Source: Squalus acanthias (taxonomy: Eukaryota). From it: DNA of 64,000 nucleotides. Below, in pieces: positions 24,112 through 37,295 of this stretch. The stretch spans positions 70,310,001 to 70,374,000 of the forward strand of contig CM059432.1 in NCBI GenBank assembly GCA_030390025.1, written 5' to 3'. The stretch's first letter is position 1; the number at the start of each line of letters is the position of its first letter. The notes beneath the pieces are model-generated. The model did no database searches. It had not been told where the DNA came from and saw nothing but the letters and a program-made list of their open reading frames with translations. Made by a program: the position numbers and the translations under genes.

Positions 24112-25923
24112 GGGGGGAAAACTCGTTCTCACCCGGAAAGCAGTCCGTGCCCTCGCCAACTGTCGTTAACGGCCGCCCAAAAAGGCCGCTGTGCTAAATG
24201 AGGTAAATTGGCGTGGGGGGCATAGTGGTAGGTGGCGCAGCGCTAACCTTAGGCACAACGCCGCCCTGGTGGCGTTACACGAGGGATCCGGGACCAATTT
24301 GTCGTCCTGGTGCGGCGTTGCTGCTTCCCCTCGGGTGAGGCTGTGAAGCTCGCAATGCATTGTGGGCAGTGAGGAGCTCTGAAATTTAAAGGGCCATCCA
24401 CATTGAAGCAAGACAAAATAAAATGCACTGATTCAATACATTTTTCAGCCCTTTCTGTCTTTCAACAAATAATCAATATTTAAAAGAAGTTCCAAATGTC
24501 AATATTCAGCACTGAAAGCTGAATTACCTTCCTAAACGCAACAAATGGGAAAACTGCCTCAGCACTACCACAAATGGTTCAGCAAGCCAGGGAAGGGGCA
24601 CCCAGGGTCTCGCATGCAGCACTCCAGCTTTGTGCAGGGGGTCAACACGGTAAGACTGGTCCTCTACCCACAGGGGTCAGGAGGCCCTCCAGAAAGAACA
24701 ATGTGGGACCACATCACCGAGGCCGTCACTGCCAGCAGTGTCGCCCCCAGCACCTGGCTCCGGTGCCCAAAGAAGCTTCATGACCTCAGACCACTAGTCA
24801 AGGTCAGTGAATACATCTTCAAAAGACATCACCTACCAACTGAACCACTAGCCTCACACACTGCTCAATGCAGGGCCCCCAATCACTCACCTACCAACAA
24901 TCTGCACCAATGACGTGGCACGTCTCACATTCCTAGCATCGCCTCACCCCCCTTGGAGGAGACGGTGCAGGCCATTCTTGGCAGGGGCATGGCTGAGCCC
25001 TTGGCCAGCAGCAGGTCTGAAAGGATACAAGATGCGGGTATCCTCGTACATTATCCTCCTTCTGGCATGCACCTCTAGGTTTCCCGCCCGCCCGTCATCA
25101 TAACTCCACCCTTGTGCCATCCTCATTTCACACACCCAAGAAATGCATCCTGCCCAGCCAGTGGGACCGCAGGCAGATGATTCCATCCCGGATATGCCGG
25201 CCACAAAGGGGCTGTCTGGGATGCATCCTTCTGTCTGATTCCTCCTCTTCTGCGTCTTCCTCTTCTGTGTCTTCCTCTTCCCTCTGCAAGAGGACACTGT
25301 AAATGTGAAATGACAGCATAAAATGCTGCAAATACTCAATTGGTCAGGCAGCATGTCGACCTGAGACGTGAACTCCACGGATGTTGCGTGACCTGCTGCA
25401 TGTTCACTTACCATCCGAGCCCTTGCAAGCATCCAGCAGTGCTCCCAAAACACTTGAAAAACTTTTCATATCTATGCATTTTCAAAAGACGTCACCTACC
25501 AACTGAACCACTAGCCTCACACACTGCTCAATGCAGGACACCCACTTCAATAAAATAAAAAAACAGTCCAAACCCTTCCATTCAAACTTACCTGATGGAT
25601 GTGTGTGTCCCTTTAACAGCTGCAGATATCGCTCCTGTCAGCGTCTGTGAGCCTGCTTGCACGCTAGGTTAACCTAGCATGCTTAGGACCCAGCGCTGAC
25701 TTGAGCGCTAGGGTCGAAGTTCGCGTAGGTGACATTAAGTCGGCGTTGCATGCCGACTGACGTCACCACGCCGCCATTTTATTTCAGGGTGCTGCCAGTT
25801 ACTGGCAGCGCAAAGGGGGCAACCAATATGGCGGGCGCCGCCGGGACCTCCTCCAGCTGGCCGCCATTTTTTCACGCATCGCTGGCGCTACCAGGTGGCG
25901 GTAAGGACATCAATTTCTCACCC
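24112..25923. mobile_element. Internally deleted Harbinger-type element
   Basis: GC-rich ends GGGGGGAAAACT / AATTTCTCACCC. Myb/SANT remnant WDHITEAV...TWLRCPKKLHDL followed by a gtcagt donor (24700-24805, +). Acidic transposase-like tail EEDTEEEDAEEEESD on the minus strand near 25240-25290. Confidence 0.7.
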
Positions 25924-26616
25924 ATAGTACCTGACAATTGAAACATATAATAATGGCATAAGAAACTGACCTCTCTAAACTTACCCGCACAGACCTGAAC
26001 ATTCAACTGTGCTTAAAATATTATGTGCTGCTCTATCTGCTGCTCTTCAATCTGTGTTTGCTAATGCACAAGCAGGTATCCCATGTCTATAGAGCTATGT
26101 TGCTTAGTTATATGTTGCAGAAGGTGTCAGTTGGCACTGTAGATTTTACAGCTATGTTCACACTTCAACTTCACACTTATAGTTTTAAAGATTAACCAAG
26201 TACAATGCTTTTGCAGGACCACATTTTATTAGTCTAAATTTGTGGTATACAGATAGTAAGTTATTTTTAATGTTGAGTTTTTTAAAGCTACATTTCTAAA
26301 AGAAGTATTGGTAACTACTCAAAGTGACATCATCCAAATAAAATTTCATTGGATTTAAAAGAATTACTGAAGTATCTTGGAATTTTAGCACATGTTTATA
26401 CCTTCATTACACATCTCTTCACTCCAGTGGCAGTGAGTGAGTGAATTGGCACATCATCACTTCACCAGTTTGCCCACGTTTCAAGATAAAAACTATTCCC
26501 TTTACACAGTTCCAAATTAATATCTTGATAACACTGCACTCAGCTACAGGAATTAAAATAAAAAAACAAAACTGGGCTTTTATTCTTCCATTGCTCACAA
26601 TTTAATAACCCTGTTT

Positions 26617-28487
26617 AACAACAACTTGCATTTATATAGCGCCTTTAACGTAGTAAAACATCCCAAGGCACTTCACAGGAGCGTAATCAGACAAAAATTG
26701 ACACCGAGCTAAAGAAGGAGGTATTAGGACAGGTGATTAAATGTTTGGCCAAGAGGTCGGTTTTAAGGAGCATTTTAAAGGAGGACAAAGAGAGGTGGAA
26801 TGGTGGAGAGGTTTAGGGAGGGACTGCCAGAGCTTAGGGCCTTGATGGCTGAAGGCACGGCCACCAATGGTGGGGCAGAGGAAGTGGGGCATGTACAAAC
26901 ATATGAAGCAACATAGGAACAGGAGTAGGCCATTCAGCCCTTCGAGCCTGTTCCGCCATTCAATTAGATCATGGCTGATCTGTATCTTAACTCTATCTAG
27001 CCGCCTTGGTTCCGTAACCCTTAATACCCGTACTTAACAAAAATCTATCAAACTCAGTTTTGAAATTTTCAATTGACCTCAGCCTCAACAGCTTTTTGGG
27101 GAGAGAGTGCCAGGTTTCCACTACCCTTTGTGTGAAGAAGTGCTTTCTGATATCACCCCTGAACAGCCTAGCTCTAATTTTAAGGTTATGCCCCCTTGTT
27201 CTGGACTCTCCCACCAGACGATCTATCTATCCTATCAAATCCTATAATCATTTTAAACACCTCAATTAGATCACCCCTTAATCTTCTATATTCAAGGGAA
27301 TATAAAAGACCAAAGTTGGGGGAACACAGAGTTTTTGGAAGATTGTAGGGCTGGAGGAGGTTATAGAGATAGGGAGGGGTGAGGCCATAGAGCAATTTGA
27401 ACATAAGGCTGAGAATTTTGAAATCAAGGCGTTGGTGAATCAGATGCCAATGTAGGCCAACGAGCAGAGGGGTGATGGGTGAAAGGGATTTAGTTTGAGT
27501 TAGGATATGGACAGCAGAGTTTTGGATGAGCCAGCATTGCAATAGTCAGGTCTGGAGGTAACATAGGCATGGATGAGGGTTTCAGCAACAGATGGGCTGA
27601 GGCAGGGTGGAGATGGATGATGTTATGGAGGTAGAAGTAGGTGTTTTTTGTGATGGAGAGGATATGGGGTAGGAAGCTCAGCTCAGGATCAAATAGAACG
27701 CCGAGGTTACGAGCAGTCTGATTCTGCCTCAGACAATGGCCAGGAAGGGGGATGGAATCAATGGCTTGAGAATGGACTTTGTGGCATGGGCCAAACACAA
27801 TGGCTTTGGTCTTCCCAAATTTTAATTAGAGAAAATTTCTGCTCATTCAGGACTGGATGTCAGGTAAGCCATCTGATAACACAGAGGCTATGGAGGGGTC
27901 GAGAGAGGTTGAATTGACATGGAGCTGGATATCGTCAGCCTACATGTGGCACCTGACCTCATGGCTTTGGATTCTATTGCTGAGGGGCATAATGTAAATG
28001 AGAAATAGGAAGTGGCCAAGGATAGATCCTGGGGGACTCCAGAGGTAATGGTGTGGGGGCAGTGAGAGAAGCCATTGTAGGAGATTCGCTGGCTAATCCT
28101 GGATAGGTAAGAGTAGAACCAGGCCAGGGCAGTCCCACTCAGCTCGATAATGGAGGAGAGGCATTGGAGCAGGATGGTGTTGTCAATCATGTCAAAATTT
28201 GCAGATAGGTCATGAAGGATGAGGAAGTATTGAGCACCACGGTCACAGTCACAGAGAATGTCATTTGTGACTTTGATTAGTGTCGCTTCAGTGCTGTGGC
28301 AAGAGTTGAAACCTGATTGGAAAGGTTAAAATATGGAGTTGCGGGAAAGATGGGCATGGATTGGGAAGGTGACAACACATTCAAGGACTTTGCAGAGGTA
28401 AGGGAAGTTGGAGATGGGCTGGTAATTTACAAGTTTGGAGGGGTTAAGGTGTGTTTTTTGAGAAGGGGATGATGAAGGCACATTTGA
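26617..28487 (-). mobile_element. L2 LINE 3' portion, interrupted by a CR1 fragment at about 26900-27300
   Basis: Tail ggcgctatataaatgcaagttgttg; ORFs with IQNSAVHILT...ITPLL..LHW....QRLDFKIL, RNLGVLFD.ELSF and ALAWFYSYLS...SGVPQ. Confidence 0.85.
26900..27300 (-). mobile_element. CR1 3' fragment nested in L2
   Basis: ORF 26993..27214: GESRTRGHNLKIR...FFTQRVV; tail ggagtaggccattcagcccttcgagcc. Confidence 0.85.
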
Positions 28488-30012
28488 ACATAAAAACATA
28501 AGAAATAGGAGCAGGAGTAAGCCATTTGGCCCCTCGAGCCTGCTCTGCCATTCAATAAGATCATGGTTGATCTGGTCTTGGCCTCAACTCCACTTTCCTG
28601 CCCGCTCCCCATAACCCTTGACCCCCTTATCGTTCAAAAATCTGTCTATCTCCACCTTAAATATATTCAATGACCGAGCCTCCACAGCTCTCTGGGGAAG
28701 AGAATTCCAAAGATTCACGACCCTCTGAGAGAAGAAATTACTCCTCATCTCCGTTTTAAATGGGCAACCCCTTATCCTGAGACTATGCCCCCTAGTTCTA
28801 GATACCCCCACTAGGGGAAACATCCTCTCAGCATCTACCCTGTCAAGCCCCCTCAGAATCTTATACGTTTCAATAAGATCGCCTCTCATTCGTCTAAACA
28901 CCAATGAGTATAGGCCCAACCTGCTCAACCTTTCCTCATAAGACAACCCCCTTCATCTCAGGAATCAATCTAGTGAACCTTCTCTGAACTGCCTCCAATG
29001 TAAGTATATTCCTCCTTAAATAAGGAGACCAAAACTGTACGCAGAACTCCAGGTGTGGTCTCACCAATGCCCTGTACAGTTGTAGCAAGACTTCCCTACT
29101 TTTATACTCCAACCCCCGTGCAATAAAGGCCAACATTTCATTTGCCTTCCTAATTACTTGCTGTACCTGCATGCTAACTTTTTGTGTTTCATGTACAAGG
29201 ACCCCCAGATCCCTCTGTACCACAGCATTTTGTAGTCTCCCTCCGTTTAAATAATAATTTGCTTTTTTATTTTTCCGACCAAAGTGGATAACCTCACATT
29301 TTCCCACATTATACTCCATCTGCCAAATTTTTGCCCACTCACTTAACCTATCTATATCCCTTTGCAGATTCTTTGTGTCCTCTTCACAACTTGCTTTCCC
29401 ACCTATCTTTGTATCATCAGCAAATTTGGCTACATTACCCTTGGTCCCTTCATGCAAGTCATTAATATAGATTATAAACAGCTGAGGCCCCAGCACTGAT
29501 CCCTGTGGCACCCCACTAGTTACAGTTTGCCAACCTGAAAATGACCCATTTATCCCAATTCTCTGTTTCCTGTTAGTTAGCCAATCCTCTATCCATGCTA
29601 ATATATTACCCCCAACCCCATGAGCTCTTATCTTGTGCAGTAACCTTTTATGTGACACCTTATCGAATGCCTTCTGGAAATCCAAATACACTACATCTAC
29701 TGGTTCCCCTTTATCCACCCTACTCGCTACATCCTCAAAGAAATGTAGGAAATTTGTCAAACATGATTTCCCTTTCATAAAACCATGCTGACTCTGCTTC
29801 ACTGTATTATGATTTTCTAAATGTTCTGCTATTACTTCCTTAATAATGGACTCCAGCATTTGCCCAATGACAGATGTTAGGCTAACTGGTCTATAGTTTC
29901 CTACTTTCTGTCTCCCTCCTTTCTTGAATAGAGGTGTTACATTGTGGTTTTCCAATCCCCTGGGACTTCTCCAGAATCCAGGTAGATTACAACCAATGCA
30001 TCCACTTCTTTT
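28488..30012 (-). mobile_element. CR1 LINE (family D) RT and 3' end
   Basis: ORFs 28936..30042 and 28584..28946 carry RT motifs; (AACATAAG)-type tail at about 28488-28505. Confidence 0.92.
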
Positions 30013-31545
30013 AAGACCCTTCTTCAGCCTTGTCATTTGCACTCACATGCTGAGCTCCACCATCTTTGAGGATGGGGATGTCCATGGAGCCTCCTCCTCC
30101 CTTTACTTGTTTAATGGTCCACCACCATTCACGAATGGATGTGGCAGGATTGCAGAACTTTGATCTAATCCGTTGGTTGTGGGATTGCTTAGCTCTGTCT
30201 ATAGCATGCTGTTTCCATTGTTTAGCATGCATGTAGTCCTGTGTTGTAGCTTCACCAGGTTGGCACTTCATTTTTAGGTTCGCCTGGTGCTGCTCCTGCC
30301 ATGCTCTTCTGCACTCCTCATTGAACGAGGGTTGGTCCCCTGGTTTTGTGGTAATGGCAGTGTGAGCGATATGCCAGGCCATGAGGTTACAGATTGTGGT
30401 GGAATACAATTCTGCTGCTGATCACCCATAGCGCCTCATGGATGGTCAGTTTTGAGCTGCTAGATCTGTTCTGAATCTATCCCATTTAGCACGGTGGTAG
30501 TGCCACACAACATGAAGAGTGCCCTCAGAGTGAAGACGGACTTTGTCTCTACAAGGACTGTGCGGTGGTCACTCCTACCAATACTGTCATGGACAGATGC
30601 ATCTGCTGACAGGTAGATTGGTGACAACAAGGTCAAGTAGGTTTTTCCCTTGTGTTGGTTCTCTCACCATCTGCCGCAGGCCCAGTCTGGCAGCTATGTC
30701 CTTCAGGGCTCGATCAATAGTGGTGCTACCGAGCTACTCTTGGTGATGGGCATTGAAGTCCCCCACCCAGAGTACATTCTGTGCCCTTGCTACCCTCAGT
30801 GCTTCTTCCAGCCATTAGCTAAGGGAAGGCTGAAGGTGGTAATCAGCAGGAGGTTTCCTTGCCCATGTTTGACCAGAGTCAATGTTCAGTACTCTCAGGG
30901 CCAATTCCTCCCGACTGTATACCCACTGTGCCACCACCTCTGGTGGGTCAGTCCTGCTGATGGGACAGGACATACCCTGGGATGGTGATGCAGGAGTCTG
31001 GGATGTTGGCTAAAACGTATGATTCTGTAAGTATAACTATGTCAGGCTGCTGTTTAACAGCTCTCCCAATTTTGGTGCAAGTCCCCAGATTTTAGTGAAG
31101 TGGACTTTGCAGGGTCAACTGGGCTGGGTGTGCCTTTGTCATGTCTGGTGCCTAGGTAGATGCCAGGTGGTCTATCCGGTTTTCTTCTTTGTAGTGGTTT
31201 GGTACAACTGAGTGGCTTGCTAGGCCATTTCAGAAGGCAGTTAAGAGTCAACCAACATTGTTGTGGGTCTGGAGTCACATATAGGCCAGACCAGGTAAGG
31301 ACGGTAGATTTCCTTCCCTAAAGTACATTAGTGAACCAGATGGGTTTTTACAACAATCCGGTAGTTTCATGATCACTATTACTAATACTAATACTAATAC
31401 TAGCTTTTTATTCCAGATTTATTTAATTAACTGAATTTAAATTCCCCAGCTGCCGTGGTGGGATTATGAACTCATGTTTTCGTATTGTTAGTCCAAGCCT
31501 CTTGATTACTGGTCCAGTAACATAACCACTATGCTACCATACCCT
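30013..31545 (-). mobile_element. 5' portion of a CR1/L2-group LINE (endonuclease region) preceded by a tRNA-derived SINE-like head
   Basis: Minus strand: A-box TAGCATAGTGG near 31535, B-box-like GAGTTCATAATCCC near 31470, conserved SINE core 31230-31375, then endonuclease remnants (IWG...KLGEL; NVLWVGDFNAHHQE; ctagtggcactaccaccgtgctaaatgg region) and KPGDQP.FNEECRRA. Confidence 0.7.
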
Positions 31546-31960
31546 TGCTATCTACCATCAGAGACAGTGTGACTAAGTACTTGGACAAATATGAGCTGAG
31601 CAAAGAAAGTTGTCATGTCTGGCCAATCTAGTTGATTTTTCTGAGTAGGTCACTAACATGGTGGATAGGGGAGTGTATGGATATTGTCTATATGGACTTC
31701 TGGAAGGCATTTAATGAGGTACCATACAAGATATTATTAGCAAAAATAAAAGTGCACAGTACTGGAAGTAACCTTGTGATATGGGTTCGGGAGGTAGGAG
31801 ACAGAGAGTAGGGACCGTGTTGCAGCATTACACCGCAGTAGAATTTAATGGCAGGATGTGACAAATGATGTTCCACAGGGATCTGCACTGGTGCCTCAGC
31901 TTTTCACCATATTCATAAATGACTGAGGTATATCCAAGTTTGCAGATGACACAACAATAG
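31546..31960 (+). mobile_element. Old CR1 RT fragment, continues at about 36922-37030
   Basis: YMDFWKAF..VP and SKFADDT just before the Gypsy insertion; G.TVNC...KLQKDI after it. Confidence 0.7.
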
Positions 31961-33094
31961 TGTAATATACTTGGGTAGAACAAATGCAGGACAGAGACAC
32001 AATGAGTTGCTAATCCATGTGTTTGCTTTATTAGGCCAGAGCGAACTGAGCATGCTCATACTAAACCATGTGATAATACATTACACTGCTTTCCCCTTAA
32101 AAAAAATGTATGTATTCCCCTCTCAAATACAACAAAACTATGGTCCCACCTTTTCCAACATTACATGTACTACATAATGAAAACTCCTGGCTTATTTTTC
32201 TTTTAAATGAACTACAAAGCCCACAAATGAACTACAAATCCAGTTTAATAACAGGTTTGCAAAGCCTTCCTGCTCTCCTTACAGAAGGTTTTGGTGTTGA
32301 ACTAATTTTCAGGCTGTTTTGTTTTGGTTCCGAACTCAAAGATGATCCTGTTTCTCTCAGACTTGGTCGAACTTGATACATCAGTTACTGAACTGAGTCA
32401 AACTCATGTATGAGTTCATGATCAAGTGGTTCAAGATCATGTCTTGGTTCATCTCCAGCAGAGATCATTTGCATTCTCACAGAAGTCTACATGCACTCTC
32501 TGAAAAGGTCTACTTGGCCATGACCAGGGTTGTAGTGGAGTTTTGGGTGGTTTGTTTCTGCAATTTTGGCAAACGCTGCATTTGTTGACAAGTAATTCAA
32601 GATCACTGTCCAATCCAGGCCAGTAAACAAAGCTTCTTGCAATTGATTTCATACTGACGATCCCTGGATGTTCAGTATGAAGTTCAGCCAGAATTCTATC
32701 TCTCAAAGAAGTAGGTACCACAAGAAAATTCAGTACGACGGTTATGGAATGGTTTCAACTCTGTATCCAGACACTGATCAGTCCATCCATTCAAGGTATT
32801 TTCATACACTCTTTTCATTACTGAGTCCTTTTGAGTCTCATCTGCAATCTCAGTTGCATTCACGGGAAAGTCTTTGTCAACTGCACCTAGTGTGAAAATA
32901 GCACCTTCACTCCCAACACGAGTCCTCATGTGGCAACCTGGACAAGGCATCTGCGATTGCATTCTGCTTTGAAGTGCGATATTCAATTGTTAGTCATAGT
33001 GACAACAACACTGCCCAACGTTGCATTCTTGTTGCGGCCATTGAAAGGATGGCAGATTTGGGCCTCAATATTGCTAGGAGCGCTTTGTGATCAG

Positions 33095-34076
33095 AACATA
33101 AGAACATAAGCACATAAGAAATAGGAGCAGGAGTAGCCTATTTGGCCCTTCGAGCCTGCTCCGCCATTCAATAAGATCATGGCTGATCTTCTACCTCATC
33201 TCCACTTTCTTGCACTATCCCCATATCCCTTGATTCCCTTAATATTCAAAAATCTATCGATCTCTGCCTTGAATATACTCAGTGACTGAGCCTCCACAGC
33301 CCTTTGGGGTAGAGAATTCCAAAGATTCACCACCCTCTGAGTGAAGAAATTTCTCCTCATCTCAGTCCTAAATGGTCGATCCCTTTTTCTGAGACTGTGG
33401 CCCCTGGTTATAGACTCCCCAGCCAGGGGAAACATCCTCCCTGCGTCTATCCTGTCAAGTCCTGTAAGAATTTTGTATGTTTCAATGAGATCACCTCTCA
33501 TTCCTCTAAACTCTAGCGAGTATAAGTCTAGTCTACTCAATCTCTCCTCAAAGGATAATCCCCCCATCCCAGGAACCATTCTGGTGAACCTTCATTGCAC
33601 TCCCTCTATGGTAAGTATATCCTTCCTTAGGTAAGGTGACCAAAACTGTACACAATACTCCAGGTGTGGTCTCACCTATATAATTGCAGTAAGACGTCTT
33701 TACTCTTATACTCAAATCCTCTTGTAATAAAGGCCAACATACCATTTGCTTTCCTAATTGCTTGCTGTACCTGCATGTTAACTTTCAGTGATTCTTGTAC
33801 AAGGACAACCAGGTCCCTTTGAACACCAACATTTCCCAATCTTTCACCATTTAAAAAATACTCTGCTTTTCTATTTTTCCTACCAAAGTGGATAACTTCA
33901 CATTTCTCCACATTATATTCCATTTGCCATATTCTTGCCCACTCACTTAGCCTGTCTATATCCCCTTGTAGCCTCCTTGCATCCTCCTCACAACTTACAT
34001 TCCCACCCAGGTTTGTATCATCAGCAAATTTGGATATATTGCATTTGGTCCCCTCATCCAAATCATTGATGTAGAT
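33095..34076 (-). mobile_element. 5'-truncated CR1 inserted in the Gypsy RNase H region
   Basis: RT C-terminal ORFs, (AACATAAG)n tail, flanking direct repeat TGATCAG (33088-33094, 34077-34083); removal restores LLTDHK. Confidence 0.9.
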
Positions 34077-36763
34077 TGATCAGTTAGCAGGGTAAACTTT
34101 CTGCCGATCAGGAACTGTTCAAATTTCTTGATTTCAAACACTATGGCGAGTGCTTCCTTTTCAATTTGCGCGTTGTTCCTTTCGCTCTTTGTGAAGGTTC
34201 ACGATGCAAACGCGATTGGTTTCTCTTGGCCGTCATCCATTATGTGGCTTATGAGAGCTCCCTCACTGTAGCTGGAAGCATCACACGCTAACTTAAGCTC
34301 ATGCTCTGTGTCGTTGTGCACAAGTAGAGCATCACTAGAGAGACTTCTCTTACAAGCGTCGTAAGCTCCCTATTGCGCTTTCGTCCACTTCCACTGGACA
34401 TCCTTCTTGAGGAGCTCGTGCAATGGAACTAACATGGTCACTAACTCAGGTAAGAAACGTGCGTAGTACTGGACCATTCCAAGGAAAGATCTTAACTCAG
34501 ACACGTTCTGTGGCTTTGGAGCATTGATGACAGCATCAACCTTTTCCTTCACTGGTTGCAAGCTATTTGCATCGACATTCAGACCAAGGTACACAACCTC
34601 GGACTGCACATTTGCTCCTTATCAATTTGACGTTGTGGGCATTTAACCTTTGAAGCACTATATCTAACATTTCTAGATTTTCTTCCTCGCTGCTTGTTGC
34701 GATCAGCACATGTCTTGATTGCATAAGCAATTTGGAACTCCTTGCAAAATCTTATCCATCATAGCCTGGAAGATTTTTGGGGAGGACTTTACACTATACA
34801 GCAGCTTGGTGTATGAGTACAGTCCCTTGTGTGTGTTGATGGTGAGATACTGTTGACTCTCTGTCAACATTCAGCTGAGCGTAAGCGTGTGACAGGTCAA
34901 GCTTGGAGAAAATCTTTGACCCAGAGTGCTGCATACAAATCTTGCGATGTAGGTAATGGGTACTGCTCATCGTCAACTGCTTGGTTGATAGTAACTTTGT
35001 AGTCACCGCACAAGCGTACAGTTTTGTCTGCTTTGGGCACTACCACAATGGGGGTAGCCCATTCACTTTTGTCAGTTTTTACTAGCACTTCATTCTCTCT
35101 GAGCTTTGCTAGCTCTTCCTCCACCTGACTTTTCAATGCATAGGGGACCGGCCTTGCCTTACAATAGACAGGCTTCGTGTTGGACATGATGCGAATATGG
35201 GCATCATAACCAGTGATGCCCTCATAACTGTCCTGTGAACATGCTTTCGACACTTGTTCGGCATTGTGTCGAGTCGCTTCTTTGAAGCATCTACACTGAA
35301 GATGTTTTTCCAGTCTAGTTTTAACTTCCTCAACCAGTCTTTGCCCATGAGGGTTGGCCTGGTGTTGTTGCTCACTACAATAATAGGCAGCTTTACTGAC
35401 TGGCCATTGTACTGAACTGTACATTCCATTTGTCCACATGTCTCTAGGATTTCTCCAGAGTAGGTTTTTAACTCTATGGTACTCTTTGTAAGTGGTATTT
35501 GATTAAACTTTCATATGTGTCCTTACTCATGATAGAGCAGTCTGCCGCTGTTTCGATACACATATTGGTCATTGATCAAAAGTTTTGTACAGAAGTCTTT
35601 CTCATGACTGCTAGTGTTGCCGCTAGTGGCATAGATACTGTAGATACCTAATCTTCAACATCAGGTGTGTTCACTTCAATATTGTGAATTCCTCCTTTTT
35701 GTTGTCGCTGCTTTGCATTGCCACTAGAATGGTTCTTACTTCCTGCTTTAGATCTAGTTGAAATATGGCCTTGCTTCTGGCAGTGAAAACACTTCACATT
35801 TCTGTACTGGCAGGACTGTGGTGAGTGATTTCCATTTCAGCGATAACAATTCGCTGAACTGCTCTCACCGACATGCTTTTGACTCGGTCTCACAGCTTTA
35901 GGTTTGGTGGTGGCTTTGTGACTGTAGACCTCAGCTGCACTAGTCACTTGAGATGGACAGAGCTCCCTAGCATTCTTAGACACCATCTCAATAGATAGGG
36001 CAATTTTGCATGCTATGTCAAGCATTAGGTTTGGAGTGTTCAGTAACTTGGACTGTGTGCGCTCATCCACCAGTTCATACACAAACTTATATCGCAACGC
36101 ACGATCCAAAAATGTGCCGAAGTTACAATGCAAAGACAGATTCGTAAGAGCTATGATGTACTCACTGATGGTTTAATTTTGTTTTTGGTACCAAACTTAT
36201 AGCTCTCTGCTATTTCTAATGGCTTTGGGTCGAAATGGTCCTTGAGTTTCTCGATAATGTCTTCAAACGGCGCATCCTTCGCTTTCCCTGGTGTAAGTAG
36301 TTTTGCCAAAATTCCATGGACATCTGGCCCGATCTCCGTTAGAAAAATTGCTTTTTTACGTTCACAAATTACTTTATTTTGAGCTTGAACATTCTCATCT
36401 GCACTTTCGGTCTCAATAATGTTATTGGCCTTAAAAAACATCTCCATCCGCTCAATGTAAGAACTGAATGGTTCGCGAGCTTGGTCATGCATGCCGAGGC
36501 TTCCAATGAATCCCATAGGTGCGGCCATGATTGTCCCAATCCCATCGAACAGTGACTCAGCACGCTACCTGTGTACCTGTGAGAATCAACGCCGCTGTTG
36601 CTGTGGATACATACACATGAAGGCGAAGCACAGACAATTCTGCATCAGCATTAACAGTAAAAGATCGCAAATATTCAGTTTCGGTGTCACAAATTTACCT
36701 TAAATTTTTCCACTCGAAGGTTGAACACTGTGTCCTTCCATGATCCCTAAAATTGGCTTTGGG

Positions 36764-36781
36764 ATCCCATTCTCGTCGTCA
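36764..36781 (-). promoter_or_regulatory. Primer-binding site, tRNA-Ser(GCU)-like
   Basis: atcccattctcgtcgtca versus recalled tRNA-Ser 3' end ATCCCATCCTCGTCGCCA (16/18), 3 nt from the 5' LTR. Confidence 0.7.
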
Positions 36782-37295
36782 AAATGCAATATACGTGGGT
36801 AGAACAAACGAAGGACAGAGACAGGATGAGTTGCTATTTCATGTGGTTGCTTTACGAGGGCAGAGCGAACTGAGTATGCTCATACAAAACCATGTGACAA
36901 ACCATGTGATAATACATTACAATTAGGATGCACAGTAAATTGTGTAGATTGGAGCATGAAGTTACAAAAGGACATAGTCCTTAAATGAGTAGGCCAAACT
37001 GTATCAGATGGAATCTGAAAATTTTGGAAGTACAGCATCCATTAACTGTTCATTAAATATTTATCTGTCATCAGTAATTTATCCTCAATAAAATTGCTAT
37101 AGCGGATAGCTGTGCTGTTAATCATATTTATTTAACAAGAATTCATCTTTAAGTTCTCCCAGAAGCCAAATGGCCATAGTATAAACAAGGATTACTAACC
37201 ATTCATTGTACTGTGGCGGATCGCCACCTAAACGGGCACAATCCACTTTTCCGTCCGTGGACAATATATCGGGCACCTTGCCTTTAAGGCACCTT

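Larger units (their letters stand above)
31961..36921 (-). mobile_element. Mag-type Gypsy LTR retrotransposon, degraded
   Basis: Short LTRs 31961-32085 and 36785-36921 (TG...CA), 5-bp TSD AATAG/ATTAG, PBS at 36764-36781, PPT near 32090-32100. Gag (YIERMEMFFKAN, two CCHC knuckles at about 35760-35845), RT (WATPIVVVPK, LCGDYK, FSKLDLS), RNase H and integrase HHCC (LHTEHPG...CSVC). Confidence 0.92.

Noticed and set aside
31450..31545. Functional tRNA gene
   Set aside because: A- and B-box-like motifs are present but I cannot fold a cloverleaf, and the sequence continues into a SINE core.
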